The notes under the pieces: generated by a model | What the model saw: only the letters and a program-made list of their open reading frames with translations | Database searches by the model: none | Told to the model about the DNA's origin: nothing | Origin: Methanotrichaceae archaeon | Lineage (GTDB): Archaea > Halobacteriota > Methanosarcinia > Methanotrichales > Methanotrichaceae | Length of the DNA: 64,000 bases | Direction of reading: 5' to 3' | Assembly: GCA_963813075.1 (NCBI GenBank) | Contig: CAWEXU010000007.1 | Coordinates: 1-64,000, forward strand | Part shown: in pieces, positions 21,981 to 33,671 of the stretch | Layout of the letters: the number at the start of each line of letters is the position of its first letter | How positions within the stretch are numbered: position 1 is the first letter of the stretch | Translations under genes and position numbers: made by a program

Positions 21981-23557
21981 TTACCATAACAGGTATCCAA
22001 AATACCTGGCGGCGTAGACCAGTCCCCCCAGGGTCACCAGCAGCCCGAAGATCTTGCTGGTCCACTCTCCAGCGATTAGTACTGCTCCCCGATCCTGCCG
22101 CCCACCATTCGGGAGAAGGTGGTGATAGAGGGGATGATGGGCACTCCATGGCCGATGCCGAAGAAGAAGAGCATCGTCCCACCGACTAGGGGGGCGACGT
22201 CCTGGCTAGCCAGCCAGATCAGGACCGGCATCACCATGGAGAGGGCACAGGGAGCCCAGCCCAGGGCGAAGAAGATCCCCAGGGTGAAGGCGCCGATGAA
22301 TGCGGAATAGCGGAATAGGTTCAGCGAGAACTCCACTGCCTTTTGCATCAGGCTCTTCTTCTCCTCTATGGGCTCGGATGAGCCTGGACCATCGGATGGC
22401 TTCATCATCTCCGTGCCAGCCTGATGTATTCGAATCCGGGATGTGACCGGCTCGATGAGTCTCCCCCAGGGGCTTGAAGCTGCTGATTCCAAGGAGGACC
22501 ATGATGCTCCCGGCCAGAAGGTCGAAGATCTTTGAGTCCCGGAATAAGACCCCCACCTGGGATATGAACAGGCCGAGCACAAAGAAGACCACCGCCATAC
22601 CGAGGGTGAAGGCGATGCCGATCATGAATCCCTCCTTGAGGTGGAGGCGCTGGCTCGCAGGTATTCGTCCTTCCTGCGAACGGTCATCACATAAGAGAAC
22701 ACGGCGATCATCAGGGCGATGGAGCAGGGGGCAAGGGAGGTGAAGATGCCCAGAAGGAACATGCCAAAGGTGGTGACATCCTTTCTTGAGACCTCATTTT
22801 CCATCCTGGTCCAGAGGGTGGAGAGATACCCGTTTCTTGCCTCCGGGCCGGCATCCTGCCCTCCGGTCGAGGAAGCGCCCCTTTGCCCGAGGAGTATGCT
22901 CTCATTTAGATCCTGCAGGTCATCCAGGAGGCTGTCCGCCTTCTGCACCCCGTCTTCTACCCCCTCACCTACCCGGTAGACGTGGTAGACCGGGCCGATC
23001 CTGCCCTCTTTATCGATAAGGACGATGGTGGGATTGGAGGAGCCGCCTCTCACCGTCCAGTAGTCCAGGTATTTGCTGCCTATGGGATAGGGGTCCAGGT
23101 CCTCGGTCCAGGGCCAGGTTATATTGACCTCCCACCAGGTCTGGGCCAGCTCCCTTCCATCCATGGAGTAGGGATTCTTCCTCAGGTTCAGGGTGACTAT
23201 CTGAACGCTGGGGTCAGAGGCCTTGAGGGCTGCTAGCTCTTCTACCTGCCCTACGAGGGACTCCTCGCATTCGATGCAAAGCGGGTTCTCGATGTTGGTT
23301 ATATGCAGGACGACCGGAGAGCCCCGGAAATCGGATAGATTGAAGTTCTTTTGATCCCAGCTGGTGGCGCTGAAGTCCGGAGCCTGCACTTCATCCGCCA
23401 GCGCGGGACTGACGAATAGGGATAGGGATATTGATAGGAGTGAGAATATAGAAATAATGGAAAATAGCAAAATGAGAAAATGTGCAGGGTCCAATCTCTG
23501 CACTCTCAGCCTGCTCAGATCACCTGCCCCCTCTTTCACTGCCATTGGGCCGATCAC
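21981..23557 (-). CDS. Redoxin domain plus CcdA/DsbD transmembrane protein (frameshifted)
   Basis: APDFS, CIEC, LAPCS, WAPC, TM helices. Confidence 0.8.
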
Positions 23558-23581
23558 TGCTCCCAGTCAGCTGCATTTTGC

Positions 23582-24121
23582 TCATGGTAATAAATGGAAT
23601 CCTCTGCATAGCTTTCGATCTCGTCCAGTGCTCATGATATCGACCTCGCCATGCCAGCCTACCTCGACCTCTCCATCCTCGTTCTCAATCAGGGTAACGA
23701 AGATGGTGGTGGGAACATATTGCTTTTTGCCTGTGGGATTATAGACATTGAGGATTTCCAGAGCCTTTTTAAAGCCGTCCCCTTCAGCCAGAATATCGTA
23801 GTACAGGATATCGTCCTTATATTTTTGTACTGCATCATTTATTCTAGGGACATGAGTCTTGCATGGCACGCAGTTGTTCTGGTGGATCAGGATCATCAGG
23901 GGCTTTTCCTTTAGAGCCTCAAGGACCCAGTCCGGGTGATCGACAGCAGAGCCGGAGTTGACGTTTTTGTCAGGGTATGTGGTCCACCAATCAGAATCGT
24001 CCGAGCCAATAGAGTGCCCAGGACCATTATCATCCTCAGCCAGAGCAATGGCAAAGGGGGCAGAGATAGCCAGGAAAAAGGCAATCAACAGTATCAGGGA
24101 ATTTTTGAATCGATTAAGCAT
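23582..24121 (-). CDS. Secreted thioredoxin-family protein
   Basis: Signal peptide, CVPC, YVPT. Confidence 0.8.
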   Translation of the reverse strand: MLNRFKNSLILLIAFFLAISAPFAIALAEDDNGPGHSIGSDDSDWWTTYPDKNVNSGSAVDHPDWVLEALKEKPLMILIHQNNCVPCKTHVPRINDAVQKYKDDILYYDILAEGDGFKKALEILNVYNPTGKKQYVPTTIFVTLIENEDGEVEVGWHGEVDIMSTGRDRKLCRGFHLLP

Positions 24122-24555
24122 GATTTAGACCTCCGAAATCTTCCTGCTCTATTCTTTATTTTAATATTTAGAGATTCCCGTCAGGATCGAAGCAGTGATT
24201 TGCAGCAACACTTGCCGTGCGGGAATCGGCAGGAATCCATCCCGGGAATTCGATGTCAATCTCCGGGAAGGCTTTTTATCTTGAGAGCAAAGCCTGGCAT
24301 AGAAAAGGCAATAGCCTTTGAGAAAATCGCCAGCCATAGATCTCTTGCATCCTTTATGCAGAAACATTACGAGCCTTCAGATAATCGTGCTCGGTATTTA
24401 TTGCTTTTGGGCCGGGATCAGTATATACGTGCAATTTTGGCTCAGAATAACCTTAAATTCAAAGAAGTCCTATTAAAAAGAGGATACATATTGGAGGATA
24501 TAAAAGATGGCCAATGAAACAGTGAAGAAAACCGAGGTCTAAAAAGAAGAAAGGG

Positions 24556-24831
24556 ATGGCCGAATCAGGAGTGACAGGGGTTAAGCCGAAGAGAGCGGCC
24601 AGGAGGGTAGGGGAAATGACAGAGGAGTCTGTGGATCAGGTATTCGGCATCAACGCCGGCATCATTTGGGACCTGCTCAATCTGAAGGGCCCGATGTTGG
24701 CCAGGGATTTGGCCAGCGCCGCCGCCCTGCGGACGGAAGATGTCTACGGCGCCCTGGGCTGGCTGGGCCGGGAAGGCAAGATCAATGTGCAGAAGAAGGG
24801 GCGATCAAGGATCTATTCCCTGAGGCCCTGA
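24556..24831 (+). CDS. Small winged-helix protein (DUF2582-like)
   Basis: GINAGIIW, ALGWLGREGKI. Confidence 0.85.
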   Translation: MAESGVTGVKPKRAARRVGEMTEESVDQVFGINAGIIWDLLNLKGPMLARDLASAAALRTEDVYGALGWLGREGKINVQKKGRSRIYSLRP

Positions 24832-24982
24832 GAGATCTCGGGGCTTTAACAAACCAGCCCCGAAAGCTTACCAGGAAGGCTCATCTCCCTTTGATCCTCT
24901 CCATCAATCCTTAATCATTCCTCATCCATCCAGGGATCCAACGATTCAAGAGGTTTTAGCTGAGTGGCAGCTTCCCGAATAT

Positions 24983-25458
24983 TCAAGACATTCTGTTGCT
25001 CTTTTTCAGATACCTGAATCCGAAATCCTCATAGAATTTAATTGAATCCTTTTTCGGGTCCACGACCAAATATCTGCATCCTATCGGACCATCGAGAGCT
25101 GCACCTATGGCGAACAGAAGCAAATAGGTCCCAAGTCCACGACCGTGAAGTCTTATATCCACGGCAAGCCGAGCAATCAAGAGGCATGGATATACAGGAT
25201 ACTTGCTGGCATTTAGGCATTCGCCATCATCAAGGCGATCCACTCGAACAGAATCTGCGACTAATGCAATATAGCCTGCTACACGATCTCTGCAAAAGCA
25301 GATATGTGTCTTGTTAAGGAGGATTTGCTGTTCGCCCAGCGCATCATCTTTCAAAAATTCATTTAGATCCTTATCGCCTGAATCGAAAGGCATCAAGTTA
25401 AATCTAGCACTTAAGGGCTCGATGCTAAGCTCCTCTGGTGAGATCTTTTCTTGCCCAT
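24983..25458 (-). CDS. GNAT acetyltransferase toxin (TacT/AtaT-like)
   Basis: FDSGDKDLNEFLK, IARLAVD, HGRGLG, FYEDFGF; start overlaps the antitoxin stop with an apparent indel. Confidence 0.8.
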
Positions 25459-25610
25459 TAAAGTCGGCTGCGATTGGTTCTATAAATCTTCTTGGCTTCT
25501 TTAAACAGGGCCAACTGTTTTGGGGTAAACTCAATGGCTTTTTCGTTCTTCCAGAACTCCTTCGCAGCTTCACCTTCGAGAACCAATCCTAGCCTGATAG
25601 GTTTTGCCAT
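25458..25610 (-). CDS. Putative antitoxin, 50 aa (MAKPIRLGLVLEGEAAKEFW...)
   Basis: Hand-translated small ORF; its TAA overlaps the toxin ATG. Confidence 0.7.
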   Translation of the reverse strand: MAKPIRLGLVLEGEAAKEFWKNEKAIEFTPKQLALFKEAKKIYRTNRSRL

Positions 25611-25661
25611 ATTTAATACAACTCTAAAGATGAGTTATGTTCCTCTATTATTTAATAGTAA

Positions 25662-26363
25662 TCAATCCTTTCTTCTAATTCTCACCACGTCGCCCGCCCG
25701 GGCGAGATACAGCTCATCCAGATTATCGAATATGCCATGCTCCACCACACCCGGAATGGGGCTGATTCTGGCCGCTAAAGACGATGGCTCCTCGATGGTC
25801 CCGAAGTCGACGTCCATAACGAAGTTGCCGTTATCGGTGATCACCGGCCCGTCCTTCCTCAACCCCTGTCGCAGCACGGGCTTGCCTCCAATCTCCTCGA
25901 GCAGCCTTTCCACCAGCCTAAAAGCTATGGGAATCACCTCTACTGGCACCGGCCAGGTCAGCCTTTCCACAAACTTGGACTGGTCGGCAACGATGACAAA
26001 AGTTCGGGCCGAGCAGGATACCACCTTCTCTCGGGTATGAGCCGCTCCGCCCCCCTTGATCACCATCAAATCCCTGTCCACCTGGTCTGCCCCGTCGATG
26101 GCCAGATCGAGAACTGGATGCTGGTTTAAGCTGGTGAGCCTGATATTGGATTCTATGGCCAGCTGTTCGGCCTGAAAAGAGGTGGGAACGCCATAAAAGT
26201 CCAGCCCCTCCTCTCTTACTCTCTCTCCCAGCCTCTTTATCGTCCAGGCGACGGTGGAGCCCGTGCCCAGGCCCACCACCATGCCGTTACCGACCAGCTC
26301 TGCCGCCGCCTCGCCTGCCTCCCTCTTGGCAGCGGCATTGGATGATGCGTCCTTCATGATCAC
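25662..26363 (-). CDS. rpiA: Ribose-5-phosphate isomerase A
   Basis: GLGTGST, DGADQVD, IKGGG, TDNGN. Confidence 0.97.
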   Translation of the reverse strand: MIMKDASSNAAAKREAGEAAAELVGNGMVVGLGTGSTVAWTIKRLGERVREEGLDFYGVPTSFQAEQLAIESNIRLTSLNQHPVLDLAIDGADQVDRDLMVIKGGGAAHTREKVVSCSARTFVIVADQSKFVERLTWPVPVEVIPIAFRLVERLLEEIGGKPVLRQGLRKDGPVITDNGNFVMDVDFGTIEEPSSLAARISPIPGVVEHGIFDNLDELYLARAGDVVRIRRKD

Positions 26364-26364
26364 C

Positions 26365-27976
26365 TCAGATCAATTTGCTCTTCACCGTGGTGAAAACCGG
26401 TCCCCTCAGGTCCATCTTGTGCTTGTAGCTGGTGATGTACCTCTCCAGAGCTGGGTGGATTTTGATGTTTATATCCGCCGGGCTTCTCACAATCCGCGCT
26501 CTGGTCTCAGACTCCTGGCCATTCATCGCCGCCGCCTCGACCTCATAGGCAGCAAGAGCGGCAAAGGAATCGATGAATCGAATGCCTGTGGTCACTCCCT
26601 CATTGAACGCCTCCTCCCAGCGGGAGGTGCGGGGGATGCCCATGACGTTCTGCTTATGGACCACGACCTCATTGAGGGCAGCCGGGCCGCAGAGCTTGGT
26701 GTTCTCCTCCGGCTCGACCACCGAGACCTGAATATGCCTGCCGAAGAGCTCTCCCTCCCAGGCAGGAAACTCGCAGGGAGAGGCAGTATCGCCCTGCTCC
26801 AGGCACACCCCGACCACCGATTCGGCTATTGCCTGACCCTCTGGAGTGCAGGGGGCCTTATCAATGGTGATCATCTGGGCCATCTCCCGTGCCGAGAGCT
26901 CCCAGTTGCTCTGGAACTGGGGGTAGGAGAGCGCCCGGACATCCTGAGAGTTATGCAGGATCATGGCGATCCTCTCCACTCCCAGGCCCAGGTTCATGAC
27001 CGGATAGGGAATATCGTATTGGGACAGGGCAATGGGCGAATAGATGCCGAATGTCGCCACCTCCACCCAGCCGCTGCTGTACTTGGTGGCCGAGCCGACC
27101 AGTCCCGGATGATAAGCAAAGACCTCGATCTGAGTGCCGGGGACGTAGTACTTGCTCCTCTTTTCATCCGGCCGGAACTGGAACTTCTGGAAGCCGAACT
27201 GACTGAGCAGGCCGTCTGCAACCGCTTTCCCGTCCTCTATGGAGACATCCTCATCCATGATCACGCAGCTGGCCGAGTAGTAGCTCATCAGGCGGGCGGC
27301 ATCCTCTGCCTGCTCCCGGCGGAAGCATCGGTCCACAGAGAAGAGCTCTGATGGGCAGCTTCTGGCGGTAATGGAGGTTGGAGAGGGACAGAAACCAGCC
27401 GCTGGTCATATGGCTTCTCAGGGTGCGGGTGGTGGCCTCTGCTTTCAGGCCCTTGAACTCCGGAAACACCTTCTCCAGCACGGTGCCGATCAGAGCATCG
27501 TGAGCAGAAAGGACATGAGCGATCTCTCCTACCAGGTCGTCGCCCTCAACTTTGCCCTTCTTGTAGGAATGGAGGATCTGGCGGAAGGCCTCCACCTCCT
27601 CGACCGAAAGCTCCCGGCCAAGGAGGGCGTTTATCTGGCCGATCCTCTCGTCCGATATGCCTATGTCCGGCCGGGGCAGACCGGCGAGGTAAAAGCACCT
27701 GTCAAGCACTGCAAGAGCTTCCGAGCCGAACTGGCGGTAGACATCCTGAGCCTCGACCATTATCGGATTCATGGCCTCATTGAATCCGAGGCGAATATAG
27801 GCCTCTCGCAGCTTTTGAACGGTATCGAATATGGGGTGAACTGAGCCGAAAGAATAGCTGTTTCGCGGATATCTTTGATTTAAGGACGGCCGGCCAAGGT
27901 ACTCTCTTCCTTGCTGCCAGGTCTTATCGAAATCCTCTCGGGCCGCCTCCCTGATCTGATTGGGATCAAACTTCAT
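26365..27976 (-). CDS. sepS: O-phosphoseryl-tRNA(Cys) synthetase (frameshift near 27345)
   Basis: [36 protein letters not shown]. Confidence 0.95.
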
Positions 27977-28043
27977 GATTTAAAACTCCGTGATATTTCC
28001 ATGATTTCTCCGTGATTTCATGATTTAAGGCTTTTTGAGTTCA

Positions 28044-28688
28044 TTATTTTGAATAGTGATTATTAAGCAATGATGCTTCCATTCTGGATACTTCCAGGGC
28101 ATTGGTGAGATCTCCACGGGTTCTCTCCAGCATGGACCGGGCAAGATCGCTCTTTCTCCTCAGACCTCTGGTTATGGCATCCGGATAGTCGAATAGCATG
28201 AGCAGATAGTAGATCTCTTCCATGATCTCCAGATAGTATTCGCCATCTTTTGCCCTGCCGGAGCGAATGAGGTCCAGAATATGACGGCGAAGCTCGCCGC
28301 ACACGTCGCCTAGACCTGCCAGATAGTTCACCAATTCCACTCCCACCTCATCCGGGCTCAGGATCTCATGTCTGGTGATGATGGAATGAACTGTCAGGGC
28401 CTCGGCGAACTCCTGCTCTGCCCCGTCCACAAAGCCGGCGTAGCGCACATCCTGGTGGTCCTTTAAAAGGAGGCGGATCTTCTCCAGCTCGCCTTTTGCC
28501 TCATCGATGAGCTTTTTGGCCGGCAGAAGCTCGCTTCTGTGCACCGATCTGATGGAGGAAGAGCACAGGCGTATGACCTTCCGGGAGAGGACCAAAGCCT
28601 CCTCGCGAGCCCGGTCCTTGTCATCAAAGCTCTTGAGCAGTTTCTCAGAAATATCTTCGAATCTGGATATCATTTGGCTATGTCCCAT
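28044..28688 (-). CDS. Translin/Trax-family protein
   Basis: QEFAEA, YLAGLGDVCGELRR, LRRKSD. Confidence 0.9.
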   Translation of the reverse strand: MGHSQMISRFEDISEKLLKSFDDKDRAREEALVLSRKVIRLCSSSIRSVHRSELLPAKKLIDEAKGELEKIRLLLKDHQDVRYAGFVDGAEQEFAEALTVHSIITRHEILSPDEVGVELVNYLAGLGDVCGELRRHILDLIRSGRAKDGEYYLEIMEEIYYLLMLFDYPDAITRGLRRKSDLARSMLERTRGDLTNALEVSRMEASLLNNHYSK

Positions 28689-29448
28689 TTAGCAGCTTCT
28701 TGAGTCGGTTCACTGACCTCTGCCCCTCTTCCAGCGAGCGCGATTCAGTGACTATTCGGCCGCTGTAGCCGTTCAGTGCGGCCGCCACCTTCTTCCAGGG
28801 CACAGTGCCATTTCCCACCGGCAGGTGCTCGTCCCTCTCTCCGTGGTTGTCATGGGCATGAATGTGGACTATCTTATCCCGGAGCTTTAAAAATTCCTCC
28901 ACATTTCCATTGGTATTGGCATGGCCGATATCGAAGATGAACCCCAGGTTTTCCCGGTCCACGGTCTCAATTATGCCCTCCATCTCCTCCGGACGCCTCC
29001 CCAGGATGGCAGGCATATTCACCATATTCTCGACGGCTACCCTCATGTCCAGATTCTGGGCATGGTCGCAGATCTCCTGGATTCCCTTGATGTTCTGCAG
29101 CCAGGCAGCATCCGGCATATGCATTCCCAGGGGAGAGAAATGGCCGGGATGGACCACCGCCAGGCGGGCAAAATCGCTTGCGAGGTCCAGGCAGGTCTTC
29201 ATCTGCCGCACCGTCTCCTCCCAGATGGGCTGGTTGACTGAGGCCAAATTCAGGTCAGAATAGGGCAGGTGAATGGTGATTGTTAAATTTGTCGTCTCTA
29301 CGATCTTTTTGGCTTCGGGAAGATTCTCTGCAGTAAGCCTCTGCCTGCCTTCATTTACGATCTCCCAGCCGCTATATCCCAGATCCTCCAGCTGATAGGC
29401 CCAGTCAAAGGGCCTGTCCACCAGCTTGCTTGATGAAAAGCTAAACAT
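28678..29448 (-). CDS. Sugar phosphate isomerase/epimerase (AP endonuclease 2 TIM barrel)
   Basis: HLP, HPG, VEN, DIGHA, HAHDNHG..DEH. Confidence 0.9.
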   Translation of the reverse strand: MFSFSSSKLVDRPFDWAYQLEDLGYSGWEIVNEGRQRLTAENLPEAKKIVETTNLTITIHLPYSDLNLASVNQPIWEETVRQMKTCLDLASDFARLAVVHPGHFSPLGMHMPDAAWLQNIKGIQEICDHAQNLDMRVAVENMVNMPAILGRRPEEMEGIIETVDRENLGFIFDIGHANTNGNVEEFLKLRDKIVHIHAHDNHGERDEHLPVGNGTVPWKKVAAALNGYSGRIVTESRSLEEGQRSVNRLKKLLNGT

Positions 29449-29938
29449 CCTCCTCCACTGCGTTATTTGATGCGCTATCTGATCCGCTATCTGATCCGCT
29501 ATCTGATCCGCTATCGGGCATGCCTTCGAATAAATCGATCTCCTCTACTGGCTCCCCATTCTCTGTGACCGGTGCCAGCCAGTCGATGACCCTCACCCCT
29601 TCTGGGAACTGAATCTGGATATTCAGTGAGCCTAAGGGCTCCTCCTGTACAGGAAAGCTCACTATGCCCATATAGGCCGCCTGCTTGCTGAGATTAAACT
29701 GGATGGTATTGCCGCTAAGACCCCGCTGCAAAACGGATCGAGCCGCATCCAGAATCTTCTGGCTCCTGAGGAGCTGGTGCAGCTTTCTCAGGGATTGGGG
29801 GCCGTCATAGGCGTCGATGCGATCGGTGCGAATATCCATTATCAGGCCAGGAAATAGGTTTTCAATGGCCGAGACAACCCGTTCGACCTTTTCGGTAAGC
29901 TGGACAGCGGAATAGACTGTAACCTCGATCGTTCTCAT
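29441..29938 (-). CDS. UPF0201/DUF54 putative RNA-binding protein
   Basis: TE...V..AIENLFP, QKILDAAR, LSKQAAY. Confidence 0.85.
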   Translation of the reverse strand: MRTIEVTVYSAVQLTEKVERVVSAIENLFPGLIMDIRTDRIDAYDGPQSLRKLHQLLRSQKILDAARSVLQRGLSGNTIQFNLSKQAAYMGIVSFPVQEEPLGSLNIQIQFPEGVRVIDWLAPVTENGEPVEEIDLFEGMPDSGSDSGSDSGSDSASNNAVEEDV

Positions 29939-29956
29939 CGCCTCTTATCTTCGCCT

Positions 29957-31198
29957 CTATATGTGGCTGGTCTTGTACCTGAGTATTGCTGCTATGCCGC
30001 CAAAGGCTTTGAAGAGCTGCGCCCCTTCCTCGAACTCCGTGGAGATGATCTTGACCTCTGCCCCGCTCAGGTCGGCGAGCTTGGACAGGTCGGACACGAT
30101 ATCCGTCTCCTCCTCTATGGAGAGAGGGCTGTGGCACTTCAGGCAGCTGCCCAAAGGCTCAGATGAGCTGCTACGGGTCTGGCTGTCGGTAAAGTCGCAG
30201 CTTCGGTTGGTGCAGACGATCTTGGCCCTGGTATTCCTCAGGTCCTCGGAGAGGATAAGAACATCCACTGCCCCAAGCTCCAGGTTATGGCGGACCTCCT
30301 TCTCTCCGTATGCCGCCAGGCCTTTGTCTGAGACCAGTTCCCTCATGAACCGGCGCATGACCTCTTTATCCTGGGTGACCTCCAGGTCCACAAGCTGCTC
30401 TTGAGCGGCATCCACCAGCTCATTAAGCCCGGACTCGTCGGTGTAAGAGACATCCAGAGCCGCCAGGACTTTTCGCTGCAGCTCATGATGCAGAAAGCCT
30501 CCTTCCGCAAATTCCTCTTTGGTGGGAGAAGGACCGCCGATCAGGATTCCTTCCAGGTCCTTGGGATCAATGCTCAGAAATGCATCATTGGCCGAATCGC
30601 CTATTCTCTTGTAGAAATCATGAATGGCGATCAGACGAAGCTGCTGGAACCTGTGGCTGGACTGGCCGCCCTTCCTCTGCTTGCCCGGGACGGTAGAGGT
30701 CAGGGTCTTGAGGGGCTCGACATATTTCCCTTTCAACAGACCGATTGCCGCCTCGCGCCTGTCCAGGACGATGAGCCCGAAGGTCCTCTTGTCGGCCAGC
30801 ATCTCCTCCAGCGGCTCCAGATAAAAAGATGAGTCGCAGTGATATCTGTAGGTGACTATGGGGTCAGGCGGCTCCAGGGCGGTGCTGAAGAGCTCTGTGC
30901 GGTTAGCCCCTATGTCCACGCTGCCGATAAATACGACGACGCCATTCTCAGGGGGTTTGGGTATGAGCTTGAGCCTGGACATGGCTGACTCGAGGGAGCC
31001 CTGGACGCTGAGCCTGGTTACTCTTGACTTGATGTTGGATGCCTGTCCGTACTCCTCCCGCAATTGGCTGGTGACATCGGATATCTGCTTGTCAGGAGGG
31101 ATATAGAGGGAAATGAGCTCCGTGCCCCTGCCCTTCTTGCTCCGGAGGCCGTCTAGAAGACGCTTAAATTCATACCTTTCCTGCGCTGTAAACTCCAT
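29957..31198 (-). CDS. prf1: Peptide chain release factor aRF1
   Basis: NIKS, YHCDSSF, GGQS motifs; likely start MEFTAQ. Confidence 0.97.
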   Translation of the reverse strand: MEFTAQERYEFKRLLDGLRSKKGRGTELISLYIPPDKQISDVTSQLREEYGQASNIKSRVTRLSVQGSLESAMSRLKLIPKPPENGVVVFIGSVDIGANRTELFSTALEPPDPIVTYRYHCDSSFYLEPLEEMLADKRTFGLIVLDRREAAIGLLKGKYVEPLKTLTSTVPGKQRKGGQSSHRFQQLRLIAIHDFYKRIGDSANDAFLSIDPKDLEGILIGGPSPTKEEFAEGGFLHHELQRKVLAALDVSYTDESGLNELVDAAQEQLVDLEVTQDKEVMRRFMRELVSDKGLAAYGEKEVRHNLELGAVDVLILSEDLRNTRAKIVCTNRSCDFTDSQTRSSSSEPLGSCLKCHSPLSIEEETDIVSDLSKLADLSGAEVKIISTEFEEGAQLFKAFGGIAAILRYKTSHI

Positions 31199-31405
31199 TC
31201 TGGCCGATCTCCAAAATTGATCCTGGATCAAGGTATAAAAGGCTTCTTCAAAAGGATTTCGGGCGAGAAAGGGACAGGAGGGATGATATTCAAGAAATCG
31301 ATAGCATACGAGAGGCAGGTCATTTGCCCACAATTGAGGATCGATACTGCCATTTATATCTGCAACGATGATAAAAATCCTTTTGAGCTTTCCTGCTTCG
31401 GATGG

Positions 31406-31635
31406 GCAGAGGTTCACGAATACCCCTGACCTTCAGGTTGGTCTCGATAACTTGGAGAGTTAACGGGAGTTAGGACGCAGTCTTGACAGGATGAGGTGAA
31501 CCCTTGCACTTTGTCACGGCCCTGAAGGTGGGCGATCCAGGCCACCTGGACGGGCCGTTGGTAGGACGGAATTGCGCTGCATCTCACCCGTGTCGTTCAC
31601 GACGTGCGTGTATAGGCCCGGAGCCGTCCAGGTGT
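31406..31635 (+). ncRNA. Unidentified structured RNA-like element, copy 1
   Basis: Homologous to 33672-33902 with conserved stems and a compensatory change. Confidence 0.65.
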
Positions 31636-32191
31636 TCCGCAGGGCAGCTAAATTCGACTCGCAAGGAAAGAAGCTGTGCCCGAGCTCCGGGCAGCCTTTG
31701 AGCTAAACCGAATGCCATTTTTCCAGTGTAAGGACTTTTAAATGCGAGGGGATATTGCGACATAAATTTAGCATTGACACAATTCGACTTACTATCATGA
31801 AAGTCATATTGAGAAACACTATCATTGAGAAACACTATCTTCAAATATCGGGCAACTGCCCCCAAGGTTCTTGATATAATATTCTCGGGAGACCTTCATC
31901 TACTCAAAAGAAAACTTTAAATATACTAAACAATCATTATATTATTGAGAGCTTTTTCCTCAGGAAATTTGATCTGACAGATTATGAGAGCAGTATTCAT
32001 CTGCAGACAATAAGGCTTTGAGAGCAAGCGGGCTAAGAGAAGGGGGCAGTTGCCCTCGTCGCTCGCGGGCGCAGGAGCGCGCGCCAAAGGCGGCAAGAGG
32101 TCTCGGAGAATGAGAGCCGTAAGATATTCTTTGCCGAGATCTTTGAAACTTTTTCCCTATCTCTAATAAACCAATCGGAGGCTAAAATAAA

Positions 32192-33659
32192 ATGAGAAGA
32201 ATGATACCAACCAGTGCGTTGTTTTTAATACTGGTGATGTTAGCCACAGCTGTCGGCAAGGAAGCAGAAGACAGCGGTGATCCTTTACAGTTTCCCGTGG
32301 ATGATTATATTGAGAGAAATGTGACTGTGAATACCTTGAGCGACGGTGACGTAAAAGTCACTTACCGCCTATATCAGCACATCACCTATGTCGCCAATCC
32401 TGTGGATACAGATTATCAGAGTATGAATGTCATGGTTCCTGTCAGGATTGATTGCGAGGATGTTGATGCCACGAATGCCCCCATCCTTTTCGTAAATTCA
32501 GCTTACGGCTATAGGTCCGCCTCTGTTTGCGCCAGGGGCTTGACCAATAATAACTCCCGTCTCGCTCTGGCAGCGGGCTATGTGGTGGTCGAGTCTGGCT
32601 GCCGTGGCAGTGATAATCAGTTTGAAGACGGCATTTACTATGGCAAGGCGCCTGCTGCCATCGTGGATCTGAAGGCCGCGGTTCGCTACCTTCGCCATAA
32701 CGACGAGATCATGCCCGGCAATGCAGAATGGATTATCTCATCTGGCGGCAGTGCGGGAGGCGCCCTTTCCGCGCTCCTTGGAGCTTCCGGTAACAGCCAT
32801 CTATATGATACATATTTGGAGGAGCTTGGTGCTGCCGAAGAGGATGATAGCATTTATGCCTGCGCCGCCTTCTGTCCGATTACCGATCTGGAACATGCCG
32901 ATCTGGCTTATGAATGGGAGTTCAGAGAGACGCCTCGTCCTAACGGCGGACTGGTGAACCAGGGCCGTTCTCAGATTTTAAAAAATGCTTTTGCCGAGTA
33001 TCAGGCGTCTTTGAATCTTCAAGGTGAAATTGATTCAGAAACCATCACAGCCGACAACTATGGTGCTTATCTGGTGCAGACTTATCTGATTCCTTCCGCG
33101 AACAGTTACCTGATTAACTTGAGCGATGAAGAACGTGAAGCATATCTGGATACCAGATCCTGGATTACCTGGTCTATCACTGGCAATTCAGCCACATTTA
33201 CCTTTGAAGATTATGCCGAAAAGTCTTTATAGGGTGAAGAAACTTCCGGCTTTTGACGCCTTTAATCTGTTAGCGGTTGAGAACATTGTGTTTGGCAATG
33301 AAACGACCAATGCACGTCATTTCACAAACTACAGCATGAGGCAAACCACCGGTGACCCGAGTGCTGAGATTGACAACGACCTGAAAACGGTGGTGAACCT
33401 GATGAATCCCATGTATTTCATCTCCCAGGATTGTTGCAGCGGCTGTGCCAATTACTGGTGGATCCGCCATGGTACCAATGACACGAACACCGCGCTTTCT
33501 GTCATCACCAATCTTGCTATCATCCTGGAGAACAAAGGCAAGGATGTAAATATCTCACTTTATTGGGACGCGAGGCACTTAGCTAATGAGGATCCGGAAG
33601 ATTTCATCGCCTGGATTGGTGAAGTTACCGGTTATACACCACCAGAGCAACAGCTTTAG
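32192..33659 (+). CDS. Secreted subtype B tannase-like alpha/beta hydrolase (frameshift near 33225)
   Basis: Signal peptide, GKAPAAIVDLKAAVRYL, GGSAGG, WWIRHGTND. Confidence 0.88.
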
Positions 33660-33671
33660 AAAATTCTTCGC

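Noticed and set aside
20464..22017. Long + strand ORFs (517 aa here; 365 aa at 26254-27351)
   Set aside because: Antisense shadows of GC-rich real genes
26365..27976. sepS, glgP, Rad3 and others as pseudogenes or programmed frameshifts
   Set aside because: Indels occur throughout the window, including in core genes, so sequencing error is more likely
31199..31417. N-terminal extension of aRF1
   Set aside because: No similarity to release factors; probably promoter region
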